Positions 27,770 to 36,591 of a DNA stretch of 64,000 nt are shown here, piece after piece. Source of the stretch: Bacillota bacterium. GTDB lineage: Bacteria; Bacillota_I; Bacilli_A; RF39; UBA660. Position 1 is the stretch's first letter. Every line of letters starts with the position of its first letter. A program made the position numbers and the translations under genes. The stretch lies in contig SVAH01000001.1 of the NCBI GenBank assembly GCA_015059485.1, positions 140,104 through 204,103 on the forward strand, written 5' to 3'. The notes beneath the pieces were generated by a model, which saw only the letters and a program-made list of their open reading frames with translations, was not told the origin of the DNA and ran no database searches.

Positions 27770-28006
27770 AAATTATTTCTCCTTTTCAAATTAGTTTTAC
27801 TCTATTATAGCGCAATTTATTTAAAGTTCAATCTCTTTTTTATTAATTCTAGTACTCCATTTTTAGTTTTTTTCACTCTAATCTTCCTATATTATTTATA
27901 TTCATTCCAACTCCTTCTAACTATATTTTAACAAATAAAAAAGTAAACATTTCCTTTTTGTCTACTTTTTCTAGATTACTTTATTATAGTTTGAATAATT
28001 TTATAA

Positions 28007-28082
28007 TGGTGCCAACTACCGGATTCGAACCAGTGACCTACGCGTTACGAGGGCGTTGCACTACCAGCTGTGCTAAGTTGGC
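28007..28082 (-). tRNA. tRNA-Thr (anticodon CGU)
   Basis: Reverse complement GCCAACTTAGCACAGCTGGTAGTGCAACGCCCTCGTAACGCGTAGGTCACTGGTTCGAATCCGGTAGTTGGCACCA. It folds as a cloverleaf with anticodon loop CTCGTAA, T-loop GGTTCGAATCC and an encoded CCA. Confidence 0.9.
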
Positions 28083-28095
28083 ATATAACAAAAGT

Positions 28096-29328
28096 TTATT
28101 TTCTTTTTAAACTTTTGTCAACCTTTTTAGAATTTTTATTTAGTATAAATATTATTGCAAAATATATTGATACCATTGGTCTAATAAGAACATGACCTGA
28201 TGTTAAACTCATAAGCATAAATAATAGTAAGCTAAGAATATAATAATCTTTAAATTTAGTTTTCTTAAATCCATCTATCATAAATATTAAATAAACTATA
28301 CTTCCAACAAAACCTATTGAATAAAATATATCAAATATATCTAATTCTACATCCTTTATCGCAAGAAGCCCTGTTCTTCCTAATCCAAATATTATTACTG
28401 GAATCTTTCTTGCAAAATAGATTTTATTTATTCCTTTTAAAAAAGTTAATCTTTCACTAAATATTATCTTATCTAACGTTTTAAAAGTAAATAACTCTGA
28501 AAATTTATTAATATTATAATATTTAAAAGCTATTTCAGCATTTTTCACTATCGGTAATTTTGGTAGCACTACTATTGAAGTAATAACTATACAAATTGCA
28601 AGCCCACATCCAATATATTTAGTTTTTCTTGTAAGTTTTTTATAATTATTTTTTATAAATTTAAAGATAAAATACATTATAGTTATCGCAAGCCCCATTA
28701 TTAATGTTCTTGTTCCAACCATAAATATTGCAACGAGTATTTCTAATCCAAATATTAATTTTATAAATATATTCTTATGATTTATTAAATAATTAACAAC
28801 TACTGGTAAAAGTCCAATTAATATAGCACTAATTTCATTACCAGAATAAAATACACCCATAAATCCCCATTTATTATATTTTTCTGGATATGTATGAAAT
28901 CCAAATCCAAATATATATGGAACAATTATAAAATTAACATATACTAAATATAAGATGAATATTAGTTTATCATTTATTAATTCATTATCTAAATTTTTAA
29001 AAAAATAAATAAGTATTGGTAAATAAAAAATTATTGTTAAGTTAGATACTTCTGATACAATAGGATTTTTTAAATAATAATAATTAAAACTTGTTGCAAG
29101 TATAATATAAATTATAAATGTAATTAAATGTTTTCTTTTTATATTATTTTTTAACATGTAAAATACTATTATATATAAAAATATTCCTCTTATTAATGTC
29201 CCTATTGTTATTGAACCAACATTGTATTTAAGTTGATATGCAGTTACAGCATCAAGTACAGGATTTAAAAAAAGAAATATTATCAACAATCTATCAAAAA
29301 ATTTTTTATTCAAAATTATCAACTCCAT
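28096..29328 (-). CDS. O-antigen ligase/polymerase-like polytopic membrane protein
   Basis: 410 aa with about 10-12 TM helices and a larger central loop, in the style of Wzy_C/O-antigen ligase family proteins; assignment is by architecture only. Confidence 0.4.
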   Translation of the reverse strand: MELIILNKKFFDRLLIIFLFLNPVLDAVTAYQLKYNVGSITIGTLIRGIFLYIIVFYMLKNNIKRKHLITFIIYIILATSFNYYYLKNPIVSEVSNLTIIFYLPILIYFFKNLDNELINDKLIFILYLVYVNFIIVPYIFGFGFHTYPEKYNKWGFMGVFYSGNEISAILIGLLPVVVNYLINHKNIFIKLIFGLEILVAIFMVGTRTLIMGLAITIMYFIFKFIKNNYKKLTRKTKYIGCGLAICIVITSIVVLPKLPIVKNAEIAFKYYNINKFSELFTFKTLDKIIFSERLTFLKGINKIYFARKIPVIIFGLGRTGLLAIKDVELDIFDIFYSIGFVGSIVYLIFMIDGFKKTKFKDYYILSLLLFMLMSLTSGHVLIRPMVSIYFAIIFILNKNSKKVDKSLKRK

Positions 29329-29387
29329 CTATCATTCTAATTATATCATAATCAAAACAAAAACAACTATTAAAGTTGTTTTATTTA

Positions 29388-30101
29388 CTATTTTATGTCT
29401 ACTACATTAAATCCAAGTTCTCTTACTCTTTTAATACATTCATCACTTTCAACATGCATACAATAAACTTGTTTTTTTAATTCTTCATTTATTACTTCAT
29501 CAAGAAATCCAATATATAGATGAACGTTCCCTTCATAATTTAGAAGCGTCGTCTCGATATATAGTTTATCTATCTTATAATTTTTTTTCAATATAGATCT
29601 GATAACATCTATATCATTCGTATCTCCGGAATAATATATTATTCCGTTTTCAGTAGCAAAAACTATTCCATAACAATTTAAATTATCACTATGTCTTGTT
29701 TCTATAAATCTAATATTAGAAAAAATATCATATTTATTATCAAAAGAATCTTCAACTACATAATTATACATATCGTTGGTACAACCAACTGCTTTTAATA
29801 ACATTTCTATATTTTCTATATATTTAGCATTAGTCGGAATAATAATATTAACTTTTTCTTTCATAATATAGTATGAGTACATGATTAAACTCCCCAAACT
29901 ACCTATATGATCACTATGAGTATGTGTTATAAGCACATTAATTTGTTCTATGTCTTTTACTACATCATTTTTTATTATTCTTTCAAATACAGCCTCACCA
30001 CAATCAATTAAAAATAATTCTTTATTTTCTATAAAATATGCTGATGTATTCCCTTCTTTTGAATTAAACGCAGATCCTCTACCTAAAAAATTTAATTCCA
30101 T
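29388..30101 (-). CDS. MBL-fold metallo-hydrolase
   Basis: HTHSDHIGSLG (HxHxDH) motif, 237 aa. Confidence 0.75.
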   Translation of the reverse strand: MELNFLGRGSAFNSKEGNTSAYFIENKELFLIDCGEAVFERIIKNDVVKDIEQINVLITHTHSDHIGSLGSLIMYSYYIMKEKVNIIIPTNAKYIENIEMLLKAVGCTNDMYNYVVEDSFDNKYDIFSNIRFIETRHSDNLNCYGIVFATENGIIYYSGDTNDIDVIRSILKKNYKIDKLYIETTLLNYEGNVHLYIGFLDEVINEELKKQVYCMHVESDECIKRVRELGFNVVDIK

Positions 30102-30154
30102 AATAATCTCCTCTTGTAAAATAATATAACATATAAAATTTAAAAAATATTTAA

Positions 30155-30601
30155 TTATCTTAAATATCTTTTATTTCTTATAATACATCTTTCTCTTGTA
30201 ATACCACTAGGATTAATTTGAGCTGCTAAATCGTTTTCCATTCTTTTATAAAGGCTAAGTGTATTTTTTATTTTAAAAGAATTACATTTATCTTTAATTT
30301 CTTTATTATCATCATCAATATGGTTCTTTTCTCTATATTTTTTAATAGTGCTATCACATAATCGTTTTAATGCTATAACAGTTCCATTGCTTGTTACTTT
30401 CATTTCACATAATTCTAATATATCTTCAGTTATTTCTTCAAAACCGTGTATAACAAAATAATTTTTATATTCATCATAATCATTAAATAAATAAACTAAA
30501 CTTAAATCACTTTCTTCTTCCGAATATCTTTTAATTTTTTCTTCTTTTAATCCTAATACTTTTATAAAAAGTTCAGCTTCTAAATCAACCTTTTTCATCA
30601 T
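30155..30601 (-). CDS. hypothetical protein (148 aa)
   Basis: ORF with an AAGGAG RBS. No family recognised. Confidence 0.4.
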   Translation of the reverse strand: MMKKVDLEAELFIKVLGLKEEKIKRYSEEESDLSLVYLFNDYDEYKNYFVIHGFEEITEDILELCEMKVTSNGTVIALKRLCDSTIKKYREKNHIDDDNKEIKDKCNSFKIKNTLSLYKRMENDLAAQINPSGITRERCIIRNKRYLR

Positions 30602-30670
30602 AATTACTCCTTTTTTATTTTATAATTGACTAATTTTTTGCGTATTCTTATTCTTTATTCTTTTTTTAAT

Positions 30671-31543
30671 CTACCTTTTAAAATTTATATCAAAATTAAC
30701 TTCTTCAGTTGTCTTACAATCTTTTAAATATTCTTTAAATCTTTTTAATATTTCTCTTTTTATTTGAAATTGGTTATCTTTTGTAATTTCTTTTTCTAAT
30801 ATTCTTTTACCTTGTTTAAACCATTTAATATCTAAACTTTCTAATTTTTCTACCTGTTCTAAAGTCAATCTATGATTACCGTATCTTATTATGTTATCTT
30901 TTCCTAGCATCCCGTTGTTATAAATTGCTTTTTGAAAATTAAACCAACTGCCTATAGACACATCCTTATAGATTATACCTGCATTAATATTCTTTGTATC
31001 ATGTAAAAGCATGTATTCCTTACATAAAATAAATTTATCATTCCAAGCTGTATTTTTTTCTAATTTACTCATCAAATTTTTTATTTTTTTTACTTTATCA
31101 TGACTCAGAATAAACGTTTTATAGCAAATTGAATTATCCTTTTTCTTGATTCCGTTTTTTATTATTGTTTTATGAAGACTATACCATTTCCCAATATTTA
31201 CTCCAAAATAAAAAGTATCAGTCCTCAATCTTTTGTTTGGATTTTCTTCATACCATTTTAATATTAGAGAAAAATTATATTCCCAATCATTATAGGTTAT
31301 ATCTGTTTCATCTATTAATTCTGACATTAATAATTGCTTCTCTTTATTCATAATTGTACCATTATGTTCTAAGCATCCATTTTCTAAAGCATCTCCATAA
31401 AAATATATATTTTTTTGTCGATAATACCAAGTACCTATTTTTATGCCTTTGTATACAAGGTTTATATTTAAAAGCGTATTTGGATTATTAGATTTCCACT
31501 CAACACATAAATCATATTTTTCTTTCCATTTATCAGTTATCAT
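30671..31543 (-). CDS. helicase-associated (HA) domain repeat protein
   Basis: Three repeats of W..K(Y/F).L...(W/Y).....N........Y..(I/V).IG.W(Y/F)...K......G, the pattern of the helicase-associated domain. No helicase core present. Confidence 0.5.
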   Translation of the reverse strand: MITDKWKEKYDLCVEWKSNNPNTLLNINLVYKGIKIGTWYYRQKNIYFYGDALENGCLEHNGTIMNKEKQLLMSELIDETDITYNDWEYNFSLILKWYEENPNKRLRTDTFYFGVNIGKWYSLHKTIIKNGIKKKDNSICYKTFILSHDKVKKIKNLMSKLEKNTAWNDKFILCKEYMLLHDTKNINAGIIYKDVSIGSWFNFQKAIYNNGMLGKDNIIRYGNHRLTLEQVEKLESLDIKWFKQGKRILEKEITKDNQFQIKREILKRFKEYLKDCKTTEEVNFDINFKR

Positions 31544-31551
31544 GTTTTCAC

Positions 31552-32403
31552 CTACTTGAGCAATTTTCTAACCATTTCTTTATCTTTTTTTCTCTTATTT
31601 GTTCCAACATAACGTAGTATTTGCTGTTTAAATAGTCTATGTTCCATTGTGAAATCAACATTAATATCATATTTTTTAAAATAATCTGCTATATATTTGG
31701 GACTACCACAATCAAACAATAACTTTTCACAATCTATTTGAATTATTTTATCTGTTATAAAAGGACACTTAATTAAACTAACATCACTTTCTATAAATTC
31801 TAATAAAAAAGGATTTTCTTTTATATTTCTTTTTATAATATTAGGATTATTCTTCAGAATATTTAAATTAGTTATATTAAATATTTTTCTATAAAAGTCA
31901 GGATAATAGATTACAGATGTACCATTCTTTATTAAATTATCAATACTTTTTATAAATGCATTCATTTTTAAGTTTTCACAGATATCTGATGAATGAATTA
32001 TTCTACTCCCAAGATCATCTAATGATATAAAACATTCTAAGCAGTAGTTTTTCTTATGAAATAAATATCCACTATAATCTCCATATCCAATATATTTTAA
32101 AATTAAATCTAAAGGTATTTCATACTCTGTTAAAAATATACTTGAACCATTAATATCATGTACATAATTAAGTGTATCTGCATTATTAATAGCATCTTCT
32201 GGATAAAGAAAAAAATATTTACCTATTTCTGATGATTTATTCGGTAATTCTTTATATATATTGTTACTAGTATGGACTGTATTTCCAACATCAAATGGGA
32301 TATAGCCCATAGAATAATATACATCTTCAAGTTTTTTATAGTTTTCTAAGATTTTTCTTTCATATCTTATTTTATCATAAGGAAGCGCTCTATAGACTTT
32401 CAT
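31552..32403 (-). CDS. hypothetical protein (283 aa)
   Basis: ORF with a GGGGGA RBS and its own promoter. No family recognised. Confidence 0.45.
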   Translation of the reverse strand: MKVYRALPYDKIRYERKILENYKKLEDVYYSMGYIPFDVGNTVHTSNNIYKELPNKSSEIGKYFFLYPEDAINNADTLNYVHDINGSSIFLTEYEIPLDLILKYIGYGDYSGYLFHKKNYCLECFISLDDLGSRIIHSSDICENLKMNAFIKSIDNLIKNGTSVIYYPDFYRKIFNITNLNILKNNPNIIKRNIKENPFLLEFIESDVSLIKCPFITDKIIQIDCEKLLFDCGSPKYIADYFKKYDINVDFTMEHRLFKQQILRYVGTNKRKKDKEMVRKLLK

Positions 32404-32429
32404 ATTAATCCCCCTTTTTGTCGATATGT

Positions 32430-32458
32430 ATTATAACAAATATTAAGTTTTTTTACAA
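32430..32458 (-). promoter_or_regulatory. sigma-A type promoter for ORF 31552..32403
   Basis: Minus strand TTGTAA, 17 nt spacer, TATAAT; located between the upstream terminator and the RBS. Confidence 0.5.
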
Positions 32459-32460
32459 AC

Positions 32461-32558
32461 AAAAACGAAGATATCATTTAATGATATCTTCTTAAAAGAA
32501 TAAAAAGGGGTTGACTAGTGTGATACTAGCACCAAATCGCCTTCATAAGTGATTTGGT
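32461..32558 (-). ncRNA. candidate stand-alone small RNA (about 100 nt, unknown family)
   Basis: Lies between its own promoter (32565..32592) and a terminator (stem gaagatatca/tgatatcttc at 32467..32491 plus gttttt). Internal hairpins accaaatc/gatttggt and ctagt/actag. Longest internal ORF is 6 codons. Confidence 0.4.
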
Positions 32559-32564
32559 AAACTT

Positions 32565-32592
32565 ATTATACATCATTTTATTTTTTTTGCAA
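32565..32592 (-). promoter_or_regulatory. sigma-A type promoter (extended -10) for the candidate sRNA
   Basis: Minus strand TTGCAA, 16 nt spacer ending in TG, then TATAAT. Confidence 0.5.
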
Positions 32593-32634
32593 GAAAAATA
32601 TTAACTTTTTATTCAATTATTTATTAAATCTATA

Positions 32635-34242
32635 TCATATGAAAAAATTATTTTCTAAAGTTTCATAATTTCCAACAAGTTCTATCATTTTCTTTTCTTT
32701 TATATAAAGTATTTTTGAGGCTACATTATTAATAAAATATCTATCATGAGATATAAATAATAATGTTCCTTTATACTCTTTTAAAGAACTTTCTAGTAAT
32801 TCTCTAGTCGAAATATCTATATGATTAGTAGGTTCATCTAGTATCAAAAAATTACATTTAGCTTGTATTAATTCAAATATTTTTAATCTAACTTTTTCAC
32901 CGCCAGATAATGTATTAACTTTTCTAAATACATTATCATGATGAAAATAAAATTTATTAAGAGCACTTCTAAGCTGATACTCTTCTCCATCAAAACATTT
33001 TTTTGCATAATCAAGTACACTAACATTTTTTTCGAATTTTATATCTTGTGGTATGTATCCGATTTTCACATTAGAACCAATTTTTATATTAGAATCACTA
33101 TTACCAATTATATTTTTTATTAGTGTGGTTTTACCACATCCATTTTTGCCCATTATGCATATTTTATCGCCATGGATTATTTTAATATTAATATCTTTTA
33201 TCAACACTTTTTCTTCTATCTTCAAGTCATAATTATCAATAACTAAAACTTCTTTACCTGATCTATCAATAACTTCAAAATTAACATTTAAATCTTTTTT
33301 TATCTGAGGCTTATCTAGCATTTCAATTCTTTCAAGTCTTTTCCTAATATTATCTGCTCTTTTAAAAAATGGTTCTCCACCAGGAAAAGCCCTTCTTCCA
33401 AATTCGTCTAATTGTTTTATTTTTTTATTTAATGCAAAAATTAATTTTTTTTGATTTTTATACTCTTTAAATTCTTTTTCTATTCTTTCTTCATTTTCTT
33501 TTACATAATAAGAATAATTACCATGATAAATATAGTTTTTACCAGATTCAATTAATATAGTTTTAGTTGCTACTTTATCTAAAAAATATCTATCATGTGA
33601 AATCAATATAACTGTCCCATTATAATTTTTTAAATAATTTTCAAACCAGCTTATTGTCTCAATATCCAAATGATTAGTAGGTTCATCAAGCAATAATATT
33701 TCTGGATTTTTAATCATTATACTTGCTAAATATACAATCTTTTTTTCTCCGCCAGATAAATTATTAAAATCTCTATAAAGATGTTTTTCTATTTTAAAAC
33801 CAGTTACTATTTTATTTATTTTAGAAGATATATTATATCCCCCAAGATTCTCGTACTTTTCTTGTAGATTTCCATATTTTTTTAATAAAATATTTAATTC
33901 TTTTTTATTACAGTTTGAAAGTTTCATTTCATATTCTCTCATTTTATTTTCTATATCAAGTATTTCACTAACGTTTTCATATAGAAAATCTATAACTTTT
34001 ATATTACTTTTTAATTCTATATTTTGTTTCAAATAACCTATTTTACTATCTTTTTTAATTTGAATTTTTCCTTCATCAGGTAATATATCTTTATTAATTA
34101 AATTAAGTATAGTAGATTTTCCACAGCCATTATCTCCAATTATAGAAACTATTTCTTTTGTTTTTATTTCAAATGAAATTTTATCTAATATTTTTTTATA
34201 GCCAAAATTTATAGATATATTATTAATATTAATTTCTATCAT
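32635..34242 (-). CDS. ABC-F family ATPase (possible ARE-type ribosomal protection protein)
   Basis: Two ABC cassettes (GDNGCGKST/LSGGEKK/LLLDEPTNHLD and GKNGCGKTT/LSGGEKV/LILDEPTNHID) joined by a charged linker, with no TM domain. Start at MIEININN (AAAGGAG RBS); the longer track ORF runs through the upstream terminator. Confidence 0.85.
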   Translation of the reverse strand: MIEININNISINFGYKKILDKISFEIKTKEIVSIIGDNGCGKSTILNLINKDILPDEGKIQIKKDSKIGYLKQNIELKSNIKVIDFLYENVSEILDIENKMREYEMKLSNCNKKELNILLKKYGNLQEKYENLGGYNISSKINKIVTGFKIEKHLYRDFNNLSGGEKKIVYLASIMIKNPEILLLDEPTNHLDIETISWFENYLKNYNGTVILISHDRYFLDKVATKTILIESGKNYIYHGNYSYYVKENEERIEKEFKEYKNQKKLIFALNKKIKQLDEFGRRAFPGGEPFFKRADNIRKRLERIEMLDKPQIKKDLNVNFEVIDRSGKEVLVIDNYDLKIEEKVLIKDINIKIIHGDKICIMGKNGCGKTTLIKNIIGNSDSNIKIGSNVKIGYIPQDIKFEKNVSVLDYAKKCFDGEEYQLRSALNKFYFHHDNVFRKVNTLSGGEKVRLKIFELIQAKCNFLILDEPTNHIDISTRELLESSLKEYKGTLLFISHDRYFINNVASKILYIKEKKMIELVGNYETLENNFFI

Positions 34243-34264
34243 TATAACCACTCCTTTAATCCAT

Positions 34265-34298
34265 ATAAAAACCAAATAAGTGCTAGCACCCATTTGGT
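34265..34298 (-). terminator. leader terminator (attenuator) upstream of the ABC-F start
   Basis: Minus-strand accaaatgggtg-ctag-cacttatttggt stem-loop followed by tttttat, located between the leader ORF and the ABC-F RBS. Confidence 0.6.
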
Positions 34299-34324
34299 TT
34301 CTGGATGCAGGCACGACAAAAACT

Positions 34325-34367
34325 GTCATACCTGCTAAGTAGTTTTTTTCTATTTAACAGGTATGAC
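34325..34367 (-). promoter_or_regulatory. leader hairpin overlapping the leader-ORF stop codon
   Basis: gtcatacctg ... caggtatgac inverted repeat, extendable to about 18 bp with an A-rich loop. The 3' arm can alternatively pair with downstream gtcgtgcctg (34306-34315). Confidence 0.55.
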
Positions 34368-34410
34368 TATTATTAATATACATGATTGTTCTTCCTATAT
34401 AATTAAACAT
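34354..34410 (-). CDS. 18-codon leader peptide ORF (MFNYIGRTIMYINNSHTC)
   Basis: GGAGG RBS 7 nt upstream of the ATG. The stop codon lies inside the first leader hairpin. Not in the ORF track (below the length cut-off). Confidence 0.55.
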   Translation of the reverse strand: MFNYIGRTIMYINNSHTC

Positions 34411-34435
34411 AGTCAAACCTCCGTTCCTTAAAGAA

Positions 34436-34464
34436 ATTTTAACACTTTATTAGTATATTGTCAA
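34436..34464 (-). promoter_or_regulatory. sigma-A type promoter for the ABC-F leader
   Basis: Minus strand TTGACA, 17 nt spacer ending in TGT, then TAAAAT. Confidence 0.55.
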
Positions 34465-34481
34465 AATATTTAAATATTTCA

Positions 34482-34510
34482 TTGATTTTTCAAAATATTT
34501 ATAATATAAT
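34482..34510 (+). promoter_or_regulatory. sigma-A type promoter for pyk
   Basis: TTGATT, 17 nt spacer, TATAAT, 34 nt upstream of the pyk ATG (RBS AAGGAG). Confidence 0.5.
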
Positions 34511-34543
34511 TAAGTAGTTTTTTACAAAGAAGGAGTTGTATTT

Positions 34544-35962
34544 ATGAAAAAAACAAAGATTGTTACTAGTATTGGCCCTGCTTCAAGTAGCGTTGAAGTG
34601 TTTACTAAAATGGTTGAAGCTGGCGCTAATGTTGCACGTATTAATTTTTCGCATGCTACATTAGAAGAAAGAAAACAAGTAGTAGATACAGTTAAAACTG
34701 TACGAAAAAATCTAGGTAAATCCATTGGTATTTTATATGATACTAAAGGACCAGAATTTAGAAATGGTGAAGTAATTGAAAGTGGTATTAATTTAATAGT
34801 TGAAAATACTATCAAAATAGTACGTGAAAATGTTATTGGTGATAACGAAAGATTTTCTTTGAATCATCCAGAAGCTATTGATGCTTTAAATATTGGAGAT
34901 ACTATTTTACTTGAAAATGGTTTGATGGAAATTAAAGTAATTGATAAATCTAAAGATGAACTTATATGTGAAGTAATAAATGGTGGTATTCTATATTCAA
35001 AAAAAAGTTTATCAGCACCTGGTATTGATTTAAACATTCCATTTATTTCAGATATAGATCGTGAAGATATTATTTATGCTTGTCGTCATGAAGGAGATTA
35101 TCTTGCAGCATCATTTGTTCAATCTAAAGAAGATGTTTTAGCTATTCGAGAAATATTAAAAGAAGAAAATCGTGAAGATATGAAAATTATCTCTAAGATT
35201 GAATCTCAAATGGGAATGAAAAATTTAGAAGAAATTGTTAAAGTATCAGATGGATGCATGGTTGCACGTGGCGATTTAGGTGTAGAAGTTCCAATGTCAG
35301 ACTTACCTATTTGTCAAAAAAGAATTGTTAAATTATGTAGACAATACAGAAAAATTTGTATTGTTGCAACAGAAATGTTAGAATCAATGAAACATAATCC
35401 AAGACCTACCAGAGCTGAAGTTACTGATGTTGCTAACGCTGTATATAATGGTACTGATGCTGTTATGTTATCTGGAGAAACAACTACTGGAGAATATCCA
35501 GTTGAAACAGTTAAAAATATGGCTGATATATGCGAACATATTGAAGAATCTATTACATATAAAAATATATTTGCAGATGATGAAGTATCAAACCCTACTG
35601 ATGCTGTTATAAAATCAGTTGCAAATGCTGCAAACTCACTTGATGCTAAATTAATAGTTGTACCTACAATATCTGGTGAAAGTGCAAGATTAATATCAAA
35701 CTTAGAACCTAAATGCCCTATTTTAGCATTAGCTTCAGATGATAGTATTTGTAATAAATTAACAGTTAATTATGGAGTTTATTCTAAAAAAGTTGAATAT
35801 TGGAATGATTTAGATGAAATAATTGAAGAATCTATTAAAGAAGCAAAAGAATTTATGGATTTAAAATCAGGAGATCACATTATAATAACTGGTGGATTTA
35901 AGACAAATAAAAAAGAAAATGAAGTAATTAAAACTAACCTAATGAAAATTGAAACAATATAA
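34544..35962 (+). CDS. pyk: pyruvate kinase
   Basis: KIVTSIGPAS, NFSHA, MVARGDLGVE, full-length PK barrel plus C-terminal domain (472 aa, no PEP-utiliser extension). Confidence 0.95.
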   Translation: MKKTKIVTSIGPASSSVEVFTKMVEAGANVARINFSHATLEERKQVVDTVKTVRKNLGKSIGILYDTKGPEFRNGEVIESGINLIVENTIKIVRENVIGDNERFSLNHPEAIDALNIGDTILLENGLMEIKVIDKSKDELICEVINGGILYSKKSLSAPGIDLNIPFISDIDREDIIYACRHEGDYLAASFVQSKEDVLAIREILKEENREDMKIISKIESQMGMKNLEEIVKVSDGCMVARGDLGVEVPMSDLPICQKRIVKLCRQYRKICIVATEMLESMKHNPRPTRAEVTDVANAVYNGTDAVMLSGETTTGEYPVETVKNMADICEHIEESITYKNIFADDEVSNPTDAVIKSVANAANSLDAKLIVVPTISGESARLISNLEPKCPILALASDDSICNKLTVNYGVYSKKVEYWNDLDEIIEESIKEAKEFMDLKSGDHIIITGGFKTNKKENEVIKTNLMKIETI

Positions 35963-35996
35963 AACAACGTTTTTAAAACGTTGTTTTCTTTTTTAT
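35961..35996 (+). terminator. rho-independent terminator after pyk
   Basis: aaaacaacgtt / aacgttgtttt stem followed by cttttttat. Confidence 0.7.
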
Positions 35997-36016
35997 AATA
36001 ATACCTATATATCTTA

Positions 36017-36505
36017 TTAATAAGCTTTTCCAAAATTACTTATAGGAAATATAATCATTCTTGTTGTTCCTAAAATTTGTGATTTTTTTACAGCTCCGAA
36101 AGATCTACTATCAAGTGAAACTGATCTATTATCTCCCATAACAAAATACTCATCATCTCTTAAATAATATTTCACAAAATCATTAGTTTTAGTTGATATA
36201 TAATCTTCATTTATTACTTTATCATTAACATATACATTACCATCTTTACAATAGATACTATCCCCTGGTTCAGCAATAACCCTTTTAATTATTTTTTCAT
36301 TTCCTATGTCGACAACAACAATCTTTCCTTTTTTTATTGTGCCAAGTTTATTTAATATCATTATTTCTCCGTCTTTTAAAGTTTTGTCCATTGATGGGCC
36401 ATTAACTTTTACAGGTGTTGCGATAAATGTTCTAAAACATAAAACAACAAGTACTATTATTACATATGGCAGTAGTTCCTTCAAATAATTTTTAGTATTT
36501 TTCAT
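36017..36505 (-). CDS. lepB: signal peptidase I
   Basis: N-terminal TM helix, GPSMDKTL (Ser box), IKRVIA (Lys box), GDNRSVSLDSR. Confidence 0.9.
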   Translation of the reverse strand: MKNTKNYLKELLPYVIIVLVVLCFRTFIATPVKVNGPSMDKTLKDGEIMILNKLGTIKKGKIVVVDIGNEKIIKRVIAEPGDSIYCKDGNVYVNDKVINEDYISTKTNDFVKYYLRDDEYFVMGDNRSVSLDSRSFGAVKKSQILGTTRMIIFPISNFGKAY

Positions 36506-36557
36506 ATCAATCACTCTTTCCTATACACTACATTATTATTTTATCATAAAATATCAA

Positions 36558-36591
36558 TTAAAAAAACTTGTAATTTACCATTTTACAAGTT
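36558..36591 (-). terminator. rho-independent terminator after spoIVB
   Basis: aacttgtaa / ttacaagtt stem followed on the minus strand by tttttttaatt. Confidence 0.6.

Noticed and set aside
27911-27954. Possible third copy of the comEA/exporter upstream element (GGAAATgtttaCTTTTTTatttGTtAAAATATAGTTAGAAGGAG), plus two tiny ORFs of 10 and 19 codons upstream of 27395..27769
   Set aside because: It matches only in short A/T-rich blocks with different spacing (18 versus 14 nt), which is indistinguishable from chance in DNA this AT-rich. The tiny ORFs have no support.
32461-32558. Assigning the candidate sRNA to SRP RNA or a preQ1 riboswitch
   Set aside because: The main helix is perfectly paired and lacks the SRP domain IV asymmetric loops and GNAR loop. 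The tail is U-rich rather than the A-rich preQ1-I tail. The downstream gene also has its own promoter.
34243-34329. Longer ABC-F ORF starting at 34329 (MTVFVVPASRNQMGAST...) as given in the ORF track
   Set aside because: The extra 29 codons run through the leader terminator hairpin and have no RBS. MIEININN at 34242 has AAAGGAG at ideal spacing and matches ABC-F N-termini.
34522-34815. 97-aa minus-strand ORF overlapping the pyk 5' end
   Set aside because: It is antisense to an unambiguous pyruvate kinase and begins inside the pyk RBS region, so it is spurious.
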